DNA from: Chiloscyllium plagiosum
Taxonomy: Eukaryota
NCBI RefSeq assembly: GCF_004010195.1
Contig: NC_057719.1
Location: 27,137,623 to 27,201,622 of the forward strand
Direction of reading: 5' to 3'
DNA length: 64,000 nucleotides
Shown: piece after piece, positions 39,231-51,741 of the stretch
Numbering within the stretch: position 1 is the stretch's first letter
Layout: the number at the start of each line of letters is the position of its first letter
Notes under the pieces: generated by a model
What the model was told of the DNA's origin: nothing
The model's database searches: none
What the model saw: the letters and a program-made list of their open reading frames with translations, nothing else
Translations under genes and position numbers: made by a program

Positions 39231-39634
39231 CTTGGTAATATATTTTGAGGGCTACCTCTTCACATCAATCCATGGCAAAGGCAAGGAGGCATCCCTCCCA
39301 GAACACCATAGACCGTATGGTCATTGATCCATGGCCATTGGCAGTCATTCTGCATCAACAATTGAGCTATCTGACTCCTACATTGCTGAGTGAGGATAAC
39401 AAGGAAGGAGCTAAACGATGCAGTGAAATGGTTAGGAACAAAGTAATACTCAGTTTGATTTATATCTGGGTATACAGCGTGGTTTAGACCCAAGGTCATT
39501 GAAGAGGCTCAAGGATCACAGGAGCAATGCTGACAATCTTGTGCGATTTCTTCTTGGTAGCCAGCAGCATGTGAGAACTTTTGTTTTGAACTAGCAAAGC
39601 TCCTGAATGGAATGGAAACAAATCATTAAATTGA

Positions 39635-39696
39635 GGCAGTAAATGCATAATCCAGATCTGGGGGCAGTAAATGCATAATCCAGATCTGGGGGCAGT
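39635..39696 (+). repeat. Perfect 28-bp tandem duplication
   Basis: ggcagtaaatgcataatccagatctggg x2 plus ggcagt. Confidence 0.95.
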
Positions 39697-40099
39697 TGTG
39701 CACAATATACTGTATTTTCTACTAAACTTGTAAACTTAGTACATATAACCTTCAATTAGAAAGCATGGAATACATATGTTTCAAGAAGCTACTTCATAGA
39801 CTTTAAATGACATCTACGAAGCAAAACTATCAGTATCTAATCGTAGATTTATGCTTCTGTACGGCAGTATGTTACGCTGTAAAAACTGCCAGTTTTATTT
39901 ACATTTTATAGGTCTGTGCAGCAGATTAAAATTAACAGTAGCTAGGCTGTTGATGTATTTGATGAATTTAACTGGGTTTGCCTTGAGTTTTAGTTCATTG
40001 TTATTGCTGTTAACAATGATACTGTACTTTACAGAGAACAGGATATGAAGTATTACAATATCAAAGAATATTTTTCACACTTGGTTATTAATGAAGGGA

Positions 40100-40222
40100 G
40101 GTAAAAACAAGGACTGCAGATGAAGGAAAGCAGAGTCTAAATTAGAGTGGTGCTGGAAAAACACAGCAGGTTAGGCAGCATCCGAGGAGCAGGAAAATCG
40201 ACGTTTCGGGCAAAAGCCCTTC
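40100..40222 (-). mobile_element. Solo PLE terminal unit (family A variant), truncated inside the hammerhead core
   Basis: TSD ttaatgaaggga at 40088-40099 and 40223-40234; minus strand starts GAAGGGCTTTTGCCCGAAACGTC. Confidence 0.88.
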
Positions 40223-40668
40223 TTAATGAAGGGATGTAAAAGCAATATGAAAACCATAGTCAACTTAAAAAGTGCATTTAGCCTTTAGAGAAGAGGTTTA
40301 GGAGCCAATCTTTAGGAGTGCATTGAGAAGTTCACCTTGAATCTGTAAATTTTGGTAAATCGAACTGTAATCAGTTCTCAGTTGAGCAAAATCTCTTTAT
40401 CCACTACTTTAAGTCGTTGGTGTATTTTGGTTGTCCATCTTCATTTATTTCCCTCAATTGTTATATTTTAGATGGATTGATGTAAGCCTGTTCGATTTTA
40501 TAAGAAAGCACAGATGTATGTATTCTGGTACTGTAATATAGCAGTTTTGAAAGATGCAATGTATATGTTTTATGAATAGAAAATGGAAAGTTGTTGCATG
40601 TGTGTACAGTTGTTGTGCTTTCACTGCAGAATTGTTATTTATGTACAAACTAAAGCACTACTATGGGG

Positions 40669-40748
40669 AATAAAATGCCCCTTTCCTATAATTTCATAAT
40701 AAAAGAGCATGAGATATGGAAAGTGAATTTAAGTTTTTTTGCAATAAA
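40669..40748 (+). terminator. Cluster of three polyadenylation signals, candidate distal KCNH5 3' end
   Basis: AATAAA at 40669, 40698 and 40743, preceded by TGTA-rich unique sequence and followed by a G/T-rich tract (gttgcttgtc). Confidence 0.5.
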
Positions 40749-41692
40749 ATGTTGCTTGTCCATGTCTACTGATTTTCACACACCAGCCATGCACATCGCA
40801 TTGATAGTCCTGAGTAAATGGGAGAAAGATGCGTGTTAAAAATTAGAACTATGTTGATGAGCTAGTTTTTTTAAGGTCATACAATGTGACTGGAGAAATT
40901 AAGGCAATGGACTTTAAGGCTGCAAATGAAGCAGGTTTCAACTTCTGCCACCCTGGCACACAACATTAGAGCACGATTCCATAGACACATCAATACAACA
41001 TCAAACTGCCAGACTCAGAAACTACTGAAGGTGTACAGGTGCCCAAGTTTGGAAGCTCATTTTGGAATGAGCAAAAAATTCTGGTCCAGCCACTATCAAG
41101 CACATCCAATAGAAGATTAAAAATAATTGTAGCCCAATTACTCCAACTGAAAGGTATTCAAAGTCAGACCACAGAATCTGAATAGATTCCTCTAGCATTT
41201 GGTGTAAATATAAAGTCTGTGATCTTAAAACAATTCATTTTGAGCATAACCGTACAATTGGGCCATAGAATTCAAAGGTGTGCAGGATTCTATGATTCTA
41301 TGCATGCCATAGCACACTGACACTAAGAAGCCCCTCTAATTAAAAGGTGTAAGATAAATATGGTACCAAATGGCGTTTTATGTAAAGATTTTAGATGTTT
41401 TTGGAACTTAAATTATATGAGATGTAGAAGTTACATTGACATCAGGGGACAAAGGTTAAGCCTGTTTAGAGTCACCCAATGGTCACTATATATAACGCAG
41501 CATTATAGGTGGTCAGATTATACTGGAATTTGGTAAGAACTTTAATATGGAATTGGACATTTCCTGCTCTTTTCAGCTCACAATTATTTTGGCACCATAT
41601 TGTGCAAGTAACGTGAGCTGATAAACTATAGCATGGGCAATGAGACACCCTGTGACCTTAGTGAATGGTGGGATCACCAATGTATCTCCTTG

Positions 41693-41993
41693 GGGCAGCA
41701 CGGTGGCTCGGTGGTTAGCAGTGCTGCCTCACAGCACCAAGGATCCGGGTTCAGTTCCATCCTCGGGTGATTGTCTGTGTGGAGTTTGCACATTCTCCCT
41801 GTGTCTGCATGGGTTTTCTGTAGGTACTTTGGTTTTCTTCAGATGGTCCAAAGATGCACAGGTTAAGTCAATTGGCTATGGGAAATGGAGGGTTACAGGG
41901 ATGGGACAGGATGAGTCTAAGTGGAATGCTCTTTGGAGAGTTTATATGGACTTGATGGGATGAATGGCCTGTTTCCACACTGTGGTAATTCTA
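41693..41993 (+). mobile_element. HE1-type SINE (older)
   Basis: gggcagcacggtggctcggtggttagcagtgctgcctcacag head; ggcctgtttccacactg tail. Confidence 0.85.
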
Positions 41994-43199
41994 CCATTAA
42001 CAATTATTGGCATTAATGAGAATTAAGGAATCAATAAACAGGGTGAATTGACATCAAAACAGATAAAGTGAAGGAAAACAACATTGGACTGAAAGAGGGA
42101 GAAAACTAAAAGCCAATAGAAAAGTGTTTTAAAAGAAATTGAAGTTTTTAAAATCTCTAACAGTGTATTACCTGAAGAAATCAGATTGAACAGTCTAAAG
42201 ATAGATTTGCATTACATAACAATGAGTGCATAATGAAAACCATTTAATTACCATTACCAACTTGAGGGAGCTATCTAAGTGGGCAATTCATATCTGCAAC
42301 TGACAAGCCTTTTAAATTAAAAGGGAGGCCAAAGGGGAGATATAAATTATATGAAGCAAATGGTAAAGAGCCTAAAAATGACCAACAACTCGTGAAGATG
42401 TATGACTGACTGAATCTCTTAAATCAAAGTTTTCTGGCAAATTTGACCATTTAAAATACTTGAATAGTTAACTTGCAATTAATTTTCTCACATAATTTGT
42501 CTGAATATTGAGAAAATTTCATTAAAAATGTGACAGGGCAGGTATCACCAGATGTGGAGACAATACATATTGAAAAACTTGTACATTCTCTTGGCATAAT
42601 AAGAGCACTGTGGTGCGAACTTTTAAAGCGTGTATTGGTTATGACATGATTTCGGCCCCATTAGTTTAAATGGTACTGCTATTATGTGATTTTCTTCTAA
42701 CATAGGATTGCACGAGAACGGAACTGCTGTGGTATAGCAGAACTGACTGTACCAACAAGTTTCTCAGAAAGCAAATCCAACAGCACCAGATTTGCATTTC
42801 CAAAATTAAAAGCTATTCCAGCAGATTATTTGCAATGTTGCATTTACCCTCAATCTACATTCTTTTTTTTAATAACCAGTTGTGCATAATCTTTTTTTTA
42901 ATTTCAAAGAGAAACTTTACCACAAAAAATGACAATCTAGTAAAATTGACTAATTTTTCTTTTTACAAACAAGACAATGTTAAAAGATGGAACGAGAAAC
43001 TATTATCGATTTGTGTGGCTCTCAAAACTATGCACTTGCTAATGATCCCCATCAATTTATAAACAATTCAAATCATTCATGGAAATAACTACTTTGAGCT
43101 TTTTTTAATGGTATTAGCTAAGTTACCCAAAATGCAATTCCAAGAAAACCTGGAAGTTAGTTTTGAATCTGAAAAGGTTGGAAATGAATTAAGCAGTGG

Positions 43200-43515
43200 G
43201 TCTCCTTGCCTCGAGGTGAAGCTTGGCATGGTCTGGAGTCAAGGCCCAGTGTAGACTAGAGGCTAGTTGTCCACTTGGACTGGCTTGGAAGGACTGTTAT
43301 TCTGAACTTGTTAATACTTTATTTTTCTAATTCATTCCTATTATCTCTAATGTTGGACTTTCTATTTCTTTATTTTTCTGATTTCTTTTCCCTAAGAATT
43401 TATGTATATTATGGATCTAGTTACCTTTATACCTAAGATGGTGCCGTAAGTGTCAATTTGTACATTTTTCACTGTATTCCTTTGAGTACCTGTGACAATA
43501 AAGCTAATTCTGTTC
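43200..43515 (+). mobile_element. Possible non-LTR element 3' end (Rex/L2-like tail)
   Basis: ttttcactgta..gagtacctgtgacaataaagctaattct resembles fish LINE/SINE tails; weak. Confidence 0.3.
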
Positions 43516-45384
43516 TAAAAGCCACTTTAGTATAGCTATGTTCTTAGGCTTTACATGGGTATTTCCAAAGGCAGAATAAAGCGACCAGATCTGCTATTAC
43601 CTAACTACAGCTGTGTGTTTTCTGTCAGCATTAACAACCCTCCTGTGGCCTTTTGTGATCGATAGTTGTTGCTTCTGATTTGCTCCATTGTAGCTTCCAC
43701 CCACACTGATGAGTAGATAATCCAGATTTTATTTAGCACATCAAGGTTTAGACAGATCAGACTGAAAATGAAGTGGCTCTTTATTCAGCAGATGTTTAGG
43801 CACAGAATAAGCATGTCAAAATCAAATTAAGTCAAACAGTTTTACCAAAGTAATAACAAGTAGTACTCAACATTGATTTTGGCTCAGTAGAACCCAACTT
43901 GACATTAGTAACAGCCGAGAATGAATAGTACTTTGCATAAGCTGGGATCAGCGCAGAATATCTGCACTTACGTTTCTCAGTGTTCCACAATTTTTTTTAT
44001 GGCTTGAAATCATGAACAGCTTATTATCATTTTATGATGCGGTTTTATTATTTCCATTTGCACCTCACCATTTTACTTTAACTATCTTGTTTTTGATTTT
44101 ACTAATCAAAGCTCACTTTAGTTTTGAAATTGAGAACTGCTCAGCCAACTTGCAAGGAGAATTTGTACATTTATCGAGGATAATTCTGTTATTTGGATTT
44201 TCCATTATGTGAAGGTGATTTCAAAATGCAACAGGCAGTAACATAAAGCTCAAAATATAATCATTAAGCTTTATGGAGCAGCACTCTTTGCTGGGACTAT
44301 TTGGCTGTTGAATTACTGTCGTTGCTATTTTATGAACAACAGCTTGCCAATTAAAAATATTTAGCTTTGAAAAAAAAACAAAATAAAAGATTCAGCTACT
44401 TCACCAGGGCATCACATTTTAATGCACTGAGCTGACAATACCCTATCATGTGCAGTTTAGTGCTATTTATCAAGCTGTGTGCTATACAGATACGTTCAAT
44501 ACCTCCCCTGTTGTGTTTATCCTTCAAGCCTGTTTGAAGGGTCAGTGAATCAACTGTATGGAGGCTGTAAAGACCAACAAATCAGAAAATGTAAGTAGCT
44601 CCTCACAGGCATTTTCTCCTGTTTTAAAAACAATGATATGCTGTATCCCTAAATTTAAGTTGCACTTGGGCAGTGTGAAAGGACTGTGGGCTGAATCTTA
44701 CAGTTTTTTGGGGTCAAGTGCAAGTTGGAGTGATTTTGGTGGAGGGATTCTCATAGCAACACTGTCCAAGTATTTCACCAGACCAGTTGCAATAATTAGC
44801 ATTCCAGCTCTCAGGCGCATATCACATCTGACTTCCATTTTGTCATACACTATTCCCATAGTAACACAGCACTGATCAGTGATCCCAGAATTGACCGTTA
44901 TGTTAAAAAGGCCGGTGTGCACCCACACAAGTATGGTCTCAGTGGAGTTGTCGTGCATGTTTCCTGACCACCCCCAGGCATGGCAGACCAGAGCAAATCA
45001 GCACATCGCTTTGTAAGCAGGGATCTGGAGATGCTGCTGGGTGGGATGGTGTACAGGTCAGATTTCCTCTTGCCCCAGGGCCAACAGTGGAGACTATGGC
45101 ACCAGACGGTGCCAGCCTGGTTTGGGCTTTCCATCTGGGTTGAAGAAGTCTCAACTGGAGGAATACCCAGAATTGTGGGAAAAAGGTAAACATCCTTCTC
45201 CATTCTCCAGCGTAAGTGTGGCCATTTCTCCACGATACCTCACATTCAACTCTCTCTCTCTGCTACTGCACCCAACTCCCGCTGCTCTTACTAACATCTG
45301 CAACTCCTTCCACACTCTCTGTCACCCAAGCTGTGACACCACTAACCCTGTGTGCCCTCTGCACTGCCAACTCACTCACTCAGA

Positions 45385-45925
45385 CACTGATTAGGCCACA
45401 CCTAGAATACTGTGATCAGTTTTGTACCTGTGTCTAACAGCAGATATATTAACATTTCAAGCAGTCCAGAGAATGTTCTCTAGTTCAATAGATTAATCCT
45501 GGGTGTGATTGTTATACTGGGGGAGGTTGATGAGTTTGGGCTCGTACTTATTGGAGTTGAGAAGAATGAGTTAGCCTTATTGAGCTAAAGGCATACAAGA
45601 TTTTTAGAGGGCTTGACAGGGTAGATGCAGAGAGGCTGTTTCCCCTTGTGGGAGAATCTAGGACCAAAGGACATAATGTCAGAATAAGGGGTTGCCCAAT
45701 TAGGACAGAGATGGGGAGGAATTCACCTCTCAGAAGTTAGTGAATTTATGGAACTTTCTTTACTCTAGAGAGCTGTGGAGATTGGGTTGCTAAGTATATT
45801 CAAGGCTGAGATGCACAAGTTACTTATTAGGAACAGAATCAAAGGTTTTGAGGAAAAGCCATGATTTCATTGAAATGGTGAAACAGACTCGATGAGCCAA
45901 ATGGCTAACTCCTACTCCTATCTCT
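45385..45925 (+). mobile_element. CR1 LINE 3' fragment
   Basis: LIRPHLEYCDQF; gatgcagagaggctgtttccccttgtgggagaatctaggacc; CR1 tail. Confidence 0.8.
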
Positions 45926-47747
45926 CATATTACTATTCCACCGTTTGTAGACAATCAAATTTTCAAAGACTACACACCCTGGTTCCCATGTTCTTGGTGA
46001 ATCTTCTCCTGGCATTTCTCCCTCTGGAGGCTCACTGAAACTGCTGGAGATTCTTCTTCTTCCTGAAGTTCTTATAATCACCGTCTCCTTTTGTAATGCC
46101 TTCTGACCAAAGCCCCAAGGAAGGCAGGCAGTTGTTGGGCATTCCTACACACTGAGTAGATAAATATGGGCAAAGTCAGAGAGGTCATACAGTGTTATTG
46201 AAGAGACACCTGACCCTCATGTTCAATACCCGAGCTGAATGTTATGTCCTCACACGGGTCAGCATGGAAATCTCATCAAAAGCTCATTGTCATGTCTTAG
46301 CAAGGAACCCTGAGGTGTGTATCCCTATGAAATGTAAGGTGAAGATCTAAAGTGTCTATGCTGCACTTGGAGGAAGCTTCTGCCTATAGGCCTGCCATGG
46401 AATGCACCCCTCCCTCCAGCAAACCTGCCTTCCATATCAAAGTAAGTGCACACTTACTTTTCTGTGCGAGGATATGGCACATGCTAACCATTGCTTGCAC
46501 TACTTTCCAATTGGAAGCACTTAGTTTCACTTCTAATTTTCATGTTACAATAGGAATGTTTGTGCTTGTACAACCAGTAGGCACAGTGTAAAGTCTTTGT
46601 TTACTTGAAGCCAAAATGTGCTATCTGCAATCTTTGACAGTTACCAATCTCTAAACAAAGTGAGAATGGAAGCCAAAGAGTTAATATCACTTCACAAGTG
46701 ATAGCATTGTTACCGCAATGTCTCTCTTGCAGGGCTTCGAAAAGAATCTTCCTAGCTCAAGAAACAATACTTCGTTCCCCCACTTTGCACAAAGTCCCAG
46801 TTATGTCATGAAAGTACTGCGCAGTCGCATTTTGAGCCAATAAGGCTAGGTTCCAACTCTGTGTTTGTGTGAGTGATTTGAAGGTTCTGCCTGAGATTCA
46901 TCAAAACACTCTCATCCTTCGGTATTGCTGCTACAGTGGCCCCAAGGGCCCTTCAGTCTGCTCCCACTTTTGGTTGAGCCACTTCACATCACCATTGAAG
47001 TGTACACTTTACACCCAAAAGCCCTGTCTCTGGAGGTTCCTATGTTCTTGTACTCCCTGCACCTTCTCCATGTAGAAGCAAGAGAAGTTATGCCTTGTTT
47101 GATCCCACTCCTCTCACATTAACTATGAGCTCCCAATCTACTACCTCCTATTGTCTCCATTTCCCTGAGTAAAGGATAGTCCTCCTGAGCATTAGCATTA
47201 AAGCTCACATGACTGACCGAAGCTCACCTCCTAGCCTAACTTGGCAGGATAGCCCCATCTGACCATGGCCCACTGCCCCAAGCTGATCTCTCAACAGTAC
47301 CTTGCCTGAGGACAGGTAATTCCCTGCACTTGACCCCAAAGACTGACCAATCCCCAGTCTGCAATAAATAAATCTTCAGAATCTGGTAGAACTAAGTGCC
47401 TGACTTACTGTGGGCAATCAGACCAGCTTCTTAACTGATCATGGCAGTAGACTATGATGGACTGGAGTCCACCCACATCCCACTAAACACTCACCTAAGT
47501 CCTGCCTGTCCCTCAGCTCAAAGACGATGATGGAAGCTCTGAGGTGATAGCTAATTTGGTACAAGGGCAAGTATAATGAGGTTGTGAGGCTACTGCTTTG
47601 CCAATGCCAAGTTGTGTGGATGAAGAGTTGAAGAAGAGCATGGCCATTGACCAAGAGGCATCTTGTGCAGAAGAAGTGATTCCATGTAAAGGGAAGCAAG
47701 ATGGTCATCACAGCCATTCCACAAGCTACGAGTGCTGATGAGACAAG

Positions 47748-48920
47748 TTATAGAACATAGAACAGCATAGCAATTTACAGGCCCTTCAGCCCTCAATGTT
47801 GTGTTGGCCTTTTATCCTACTCTAAGATCAAATGAACCTACATACCCTACATTTTACTGTCATCCTTGTGCTATCCAAGAGTGAGATAAAAGTCTCAAAT
47901 GTATCTGCCTCTACTGCAACCGCTGGCATTCACCCACCACTCTCTGTGCAATGAACCTACCTCTGACATCTCCCCTAAACCTTTCTCCAATCACATTCAA
48001 ATTATGCCTCCTTGTGATAGCCATTTTGGCCCTGGGTAAATGTCTCTGACTATTCACTCTATCTATGCTCTCATCATCTTGTACATCTCTATCAAGTCAC
48101 CCCTTATCCTTCTTCGCATATTTTGTCTTATATTGTCATATCCTCAAAGAATTCAATAATGCTTGTGAGGTATGACCTGCCCCTCACAAAGCCATGCTGA
48201 CTATCTCTAATCAAAATATGCTTTTCCAAATAATCATAAATCCTGTTCCTCAGAATCGTCTCCAATAATTTGCCCACTACTTATGTAAGAGTGACTGGTC
48301 TATAATTCCCAGGGTTATCCCTATTCCCTTTCTTGAACAATAGAATAACATTTGCCACCCTCCAATCATCTGGTACTACTCCAGTGGACAGTGAGGATGC
48401 AAAAACCATTGCCAAAGGCACAACAATCTCTTCCCTTGCTTCCCGTAGAAATCTTGGGTATATACCATCTGGCCCAGATCTATCCTCATGTTTTTCAAAA
48501 TTTCTAGCATATCCTTCTTCTTAACATCAACCTGTTTCAGCATATCAGTCTGTTTCACACTGTCCTCACAAATGACAAGGTCACTCTCACGAGTAAATAC
48601 TGATCCACATATTCATTAAGGATCTCCCCCATCTCCTTCAATTCTAGGCACAAGGTCCCTCCACTATCCCTAACTGGCCCTACCCTCACTCTAGCCACCC
48701 TCTTGTTTCTCACATAAGTATAGAATGCCTTAGGGTTTTCCTTAATCGCACCTGCCAAGGCATTTTCATGTCCCCTTCTAGCTCTTCTAAGTCCATTCTT
48801 CAGTTCCTTCCTGGCTACCTTGTAATCCTTTAGTGCCCTGTCTGATCCTTGCTTCCTCAACTTTAAGTAAGCTTCCTTCATCCTCTTGACTAAATGTTCC
48901 ACATCTCTTTTCATCCAAGA
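47748..48920 (-). mobile_element. CR1 LINE, internally deleted
   Basis: Minus ORF KELKNGLRRARRGHENALA..IKENPKAFYTYVRNKR; tail atagaacatagaaca. Confidence 0.88.
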
Positions 48921-50718
48921 AGTTGCTCTCTTCTACCTGCTGAGTTTTTACACCATTGAGTTTCTTGACTGTGAAGAGGATGATTGGTAGATTGGGCTAG
49001 TAATGATGTGCAAATGCATGAAAATAAGCTTCTCACCACACAACAGCAAGAGTCTGAGCTCTCCATCTATATGTGTGAGAACGTAATCTGGAAACTTCTC
49101 CTTGATGTCGATAATCTAATTTTTAGATTCTCAACCAATTAAAATATCTTACTTGGCATTGATTCATCACCTTAGAGATGGACAAAGTTCATCCTGGGAA
49201 TACATTGATATACTACCTATTGATCATATTACTGACTGAAAACTATTAATATACATCTTTGCTTCGAATAATACATTGCATTACAATTAATTTAAAACCC
49301 TCTTTCTTTCCCTAATTCTATGAAGAACAGAATTCTACAGCAACAGTACTGTTTTCAAATTATCCAAATGTGAAATTCTCATCAATTAAATTTTGTCCTC
49401 AGGTTTTCCACATAGTGCTTTACCTCACTAGCTTCAATCTCACGCCTCAAGCTACAAAAACCCCATTTATTAGTCAGTAATTTTCTGCCACAAGGGTTCT
49501 GATACCATGATACTGCTGTGAACTAATGTACTGAAAGAAATGTCCTAGAATTAAGACTTTTTCGAGAGCGTGTATCTGTGAACAATCTCCACATTGTCTA
49601 ACAGAGGATGGAACAGTGGTGTGCAGTTAATGAAACCTCTTGACTGATGGCTTTCCAACCTCCCCCACATAGCATTACTTTCCTTCTCAGTTCTTCAGAC
49701 AACAGCACTGCCAGAATTCCAACCATTGTGTTAGACAGGAATGCTATTACCGAGGAAATAACAATATAAGACTAAAATACCATCACAGTATGACGGCGCA
49801 TAGAGGAAGCAGAAGAATAAATGCTGATTTTTTTTCAAAAGTGTACTTCTTATTTATTTTCACAAAACTCTCAAATCTTCAAAACAATTCATATGCAGAA
49901 CCAAAACACAATTTATTGAAGCCAAAGACAATGGTAATAAGGTCTACACTTGCTTGCAATTCTATTCAATTTTCATGATATTTATGATTACAAATTATAC
50001 CATATCAATAATGTACAGTGAAAAACAGTGTGTGGAACATATGGCTACTGTTAGAGGCAAATATAAATAGATCAAAATTAGTCAATAAAATCTTTCTGTA
50101 ATATTTTAACCATTTTACAGTCATCTAAAAAGCATACAATTGCTATTCTAATTAGTGTCATTGCCTTAAGTTTTCACTTACTTTTGTGAACCTCAAGCAT
50201 TCTGGTAACAACTTACTTCCAAAAGCCCTCAATCAATAATAAGTCGACTATCTGTCCAACAATAACCTGACACTTGCAACTTCAGTTGGCTACACCTTCA
50301 GGGACCGCAATCTTTATGTTAAACCATTGAGGTTAATGGCACTTACCATCAAAGGCTACAGGAACTCCAGAAAAGGGCAGCTCTGTGATTTATCAGTCTG
50401 GTAGACTCTGATATTTTTCCAATAACTGACGTTGTTAACGGGTCTATAGTTACCTGTTTTTTTTTTGTTTCCTTCCTTTTTCAAATAAAAGTGTTACATT
50501 GCAAGTTTTCCAATCCTTCAGCAATTTTCAAGAACTTAAGGATTCTTGAGCAATTCTACCTGTTAGTCCATTATCTTTGTAGATAATTGTTTTAATGTCT
50601 TTGGATGCATTCCATCAGGTCCAGAGGACTTATCAGGCTTTAACTCTATTAATTTTCCTAGCACTTTTTCTCTAGTGATAGTTACTGCATTTATTTTGTC
50701 TGCCATTTTTGCCCCTTG

Positions 50719-50812
50719 TCGAAAAGTGTGGCATTGGAAAAGCACAGCAGGTCAGGCAGCATATGAGGAGCAGGAGATTCGATGTTTTGCGCATAAGCCC
50801 TTCATCAGGAAT
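50719..50812 (-). mobile_element. Solo PLE terminal fragment
   Basis: TSD tttttgccccttg at 50706-50718 and 50813-50825; minus strand starts ttcCTGATGAAGGGCTTATGCGC. Confidence 0.85.
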
Positions 50813-50899
50813 TTTTTGCCCCTTGATAATTTAGCATTTTTGGAAAGCTGTAAGTGTCTTCCACTTTGAAGATTGATGCAAAGTGTCTGTTCAACTCCT

Positions 50900-51244
50900 T
50901 TAGGCGAAAATGGGGACTGAAGATGCTGGAGATCAGAGTCAAGATTAGAGTGGTGCTGGAAAAGCACAGCAGGTCAGGCAGCATCTGAGGAGCAGGAAAA
51001 TCGATGTTTCAGGCAAAAGCCCTTCATCAGGAATTCTTCCTCCAGGCGTAGGGTGGTAAAGGATTGGCAATGGAGGAGGCAGGAACTGCATGTCCTTGAT
51101 GGAGTGGGAGGGGGCGTTGAAGTGTTCGACCATGGGGTGGTGGGGTTGGTTGGTGCAGGTGTCCCAGAGATACTTCCTGAAGTGTTCCTGCTCCTTGGAT
51201 GCTGCCTGACCTGCTGTGTTTTTCCAGCACCACTCTAATCTTGA
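50900..51244 (-). mobile_element. PLE mini-element: GIY-YIG fragment between inverted terminal units
   Basis: TSD ctgttcaactcct at 50887-50899 and 51245-51257; VEHFNAPSHS fragment; arms inverted. Confidence 0.87.
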
Positions 51245-51741
51245 CTGTTCAACTCCTCTGCCATTTCCTGATCCCCCAATATTATTCCCCCATCTTTATT
51301 TGTGAAGGAACTGACATTCACTTTGGCCTCTTTCTCCCTATTCATATATTTAAAAATGCACTTGCTGTCTGTCGTGATATTACTTAAAATTTACTCTCAA
51401 AGTTTATTTGCTTCCTCTAATTTTTTGTCTGATCATCATTCCTTGGCATTTAAAGCTTAGCCAATCCTCTGTTCTTTGCTGTTGTTTTTTTTCAATTTGT
51501 TATTATTCATTACTTTCTTGATTAGCTATGGTTGCCTTATCCCCTTCCTAGAATCCTACTTCCTCACTGGGATTCTCTTTGCTGAGAGCCATGAACTGTA
51601 TTCTTAAACATCTGGCAATGTTCCTGCTAAGCTTCCTTGCCAGTCTAAACCAGCAGGTTCTGCCCTCACTTCTTTGGAATTACCTTTATTTAAGGTTAGC
51701 ACAGTTGTCTCTGATACAAGTTTCTGCCTCTCAAACTGAAT

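Noticed and set aside
44870..47740. Possible Harbinger-like DNA transposon relics (also ~1-780 and 1760-2300)
   Set aside because: Composition looks repeat-derived but I could not read a diagnostic motif or termini.
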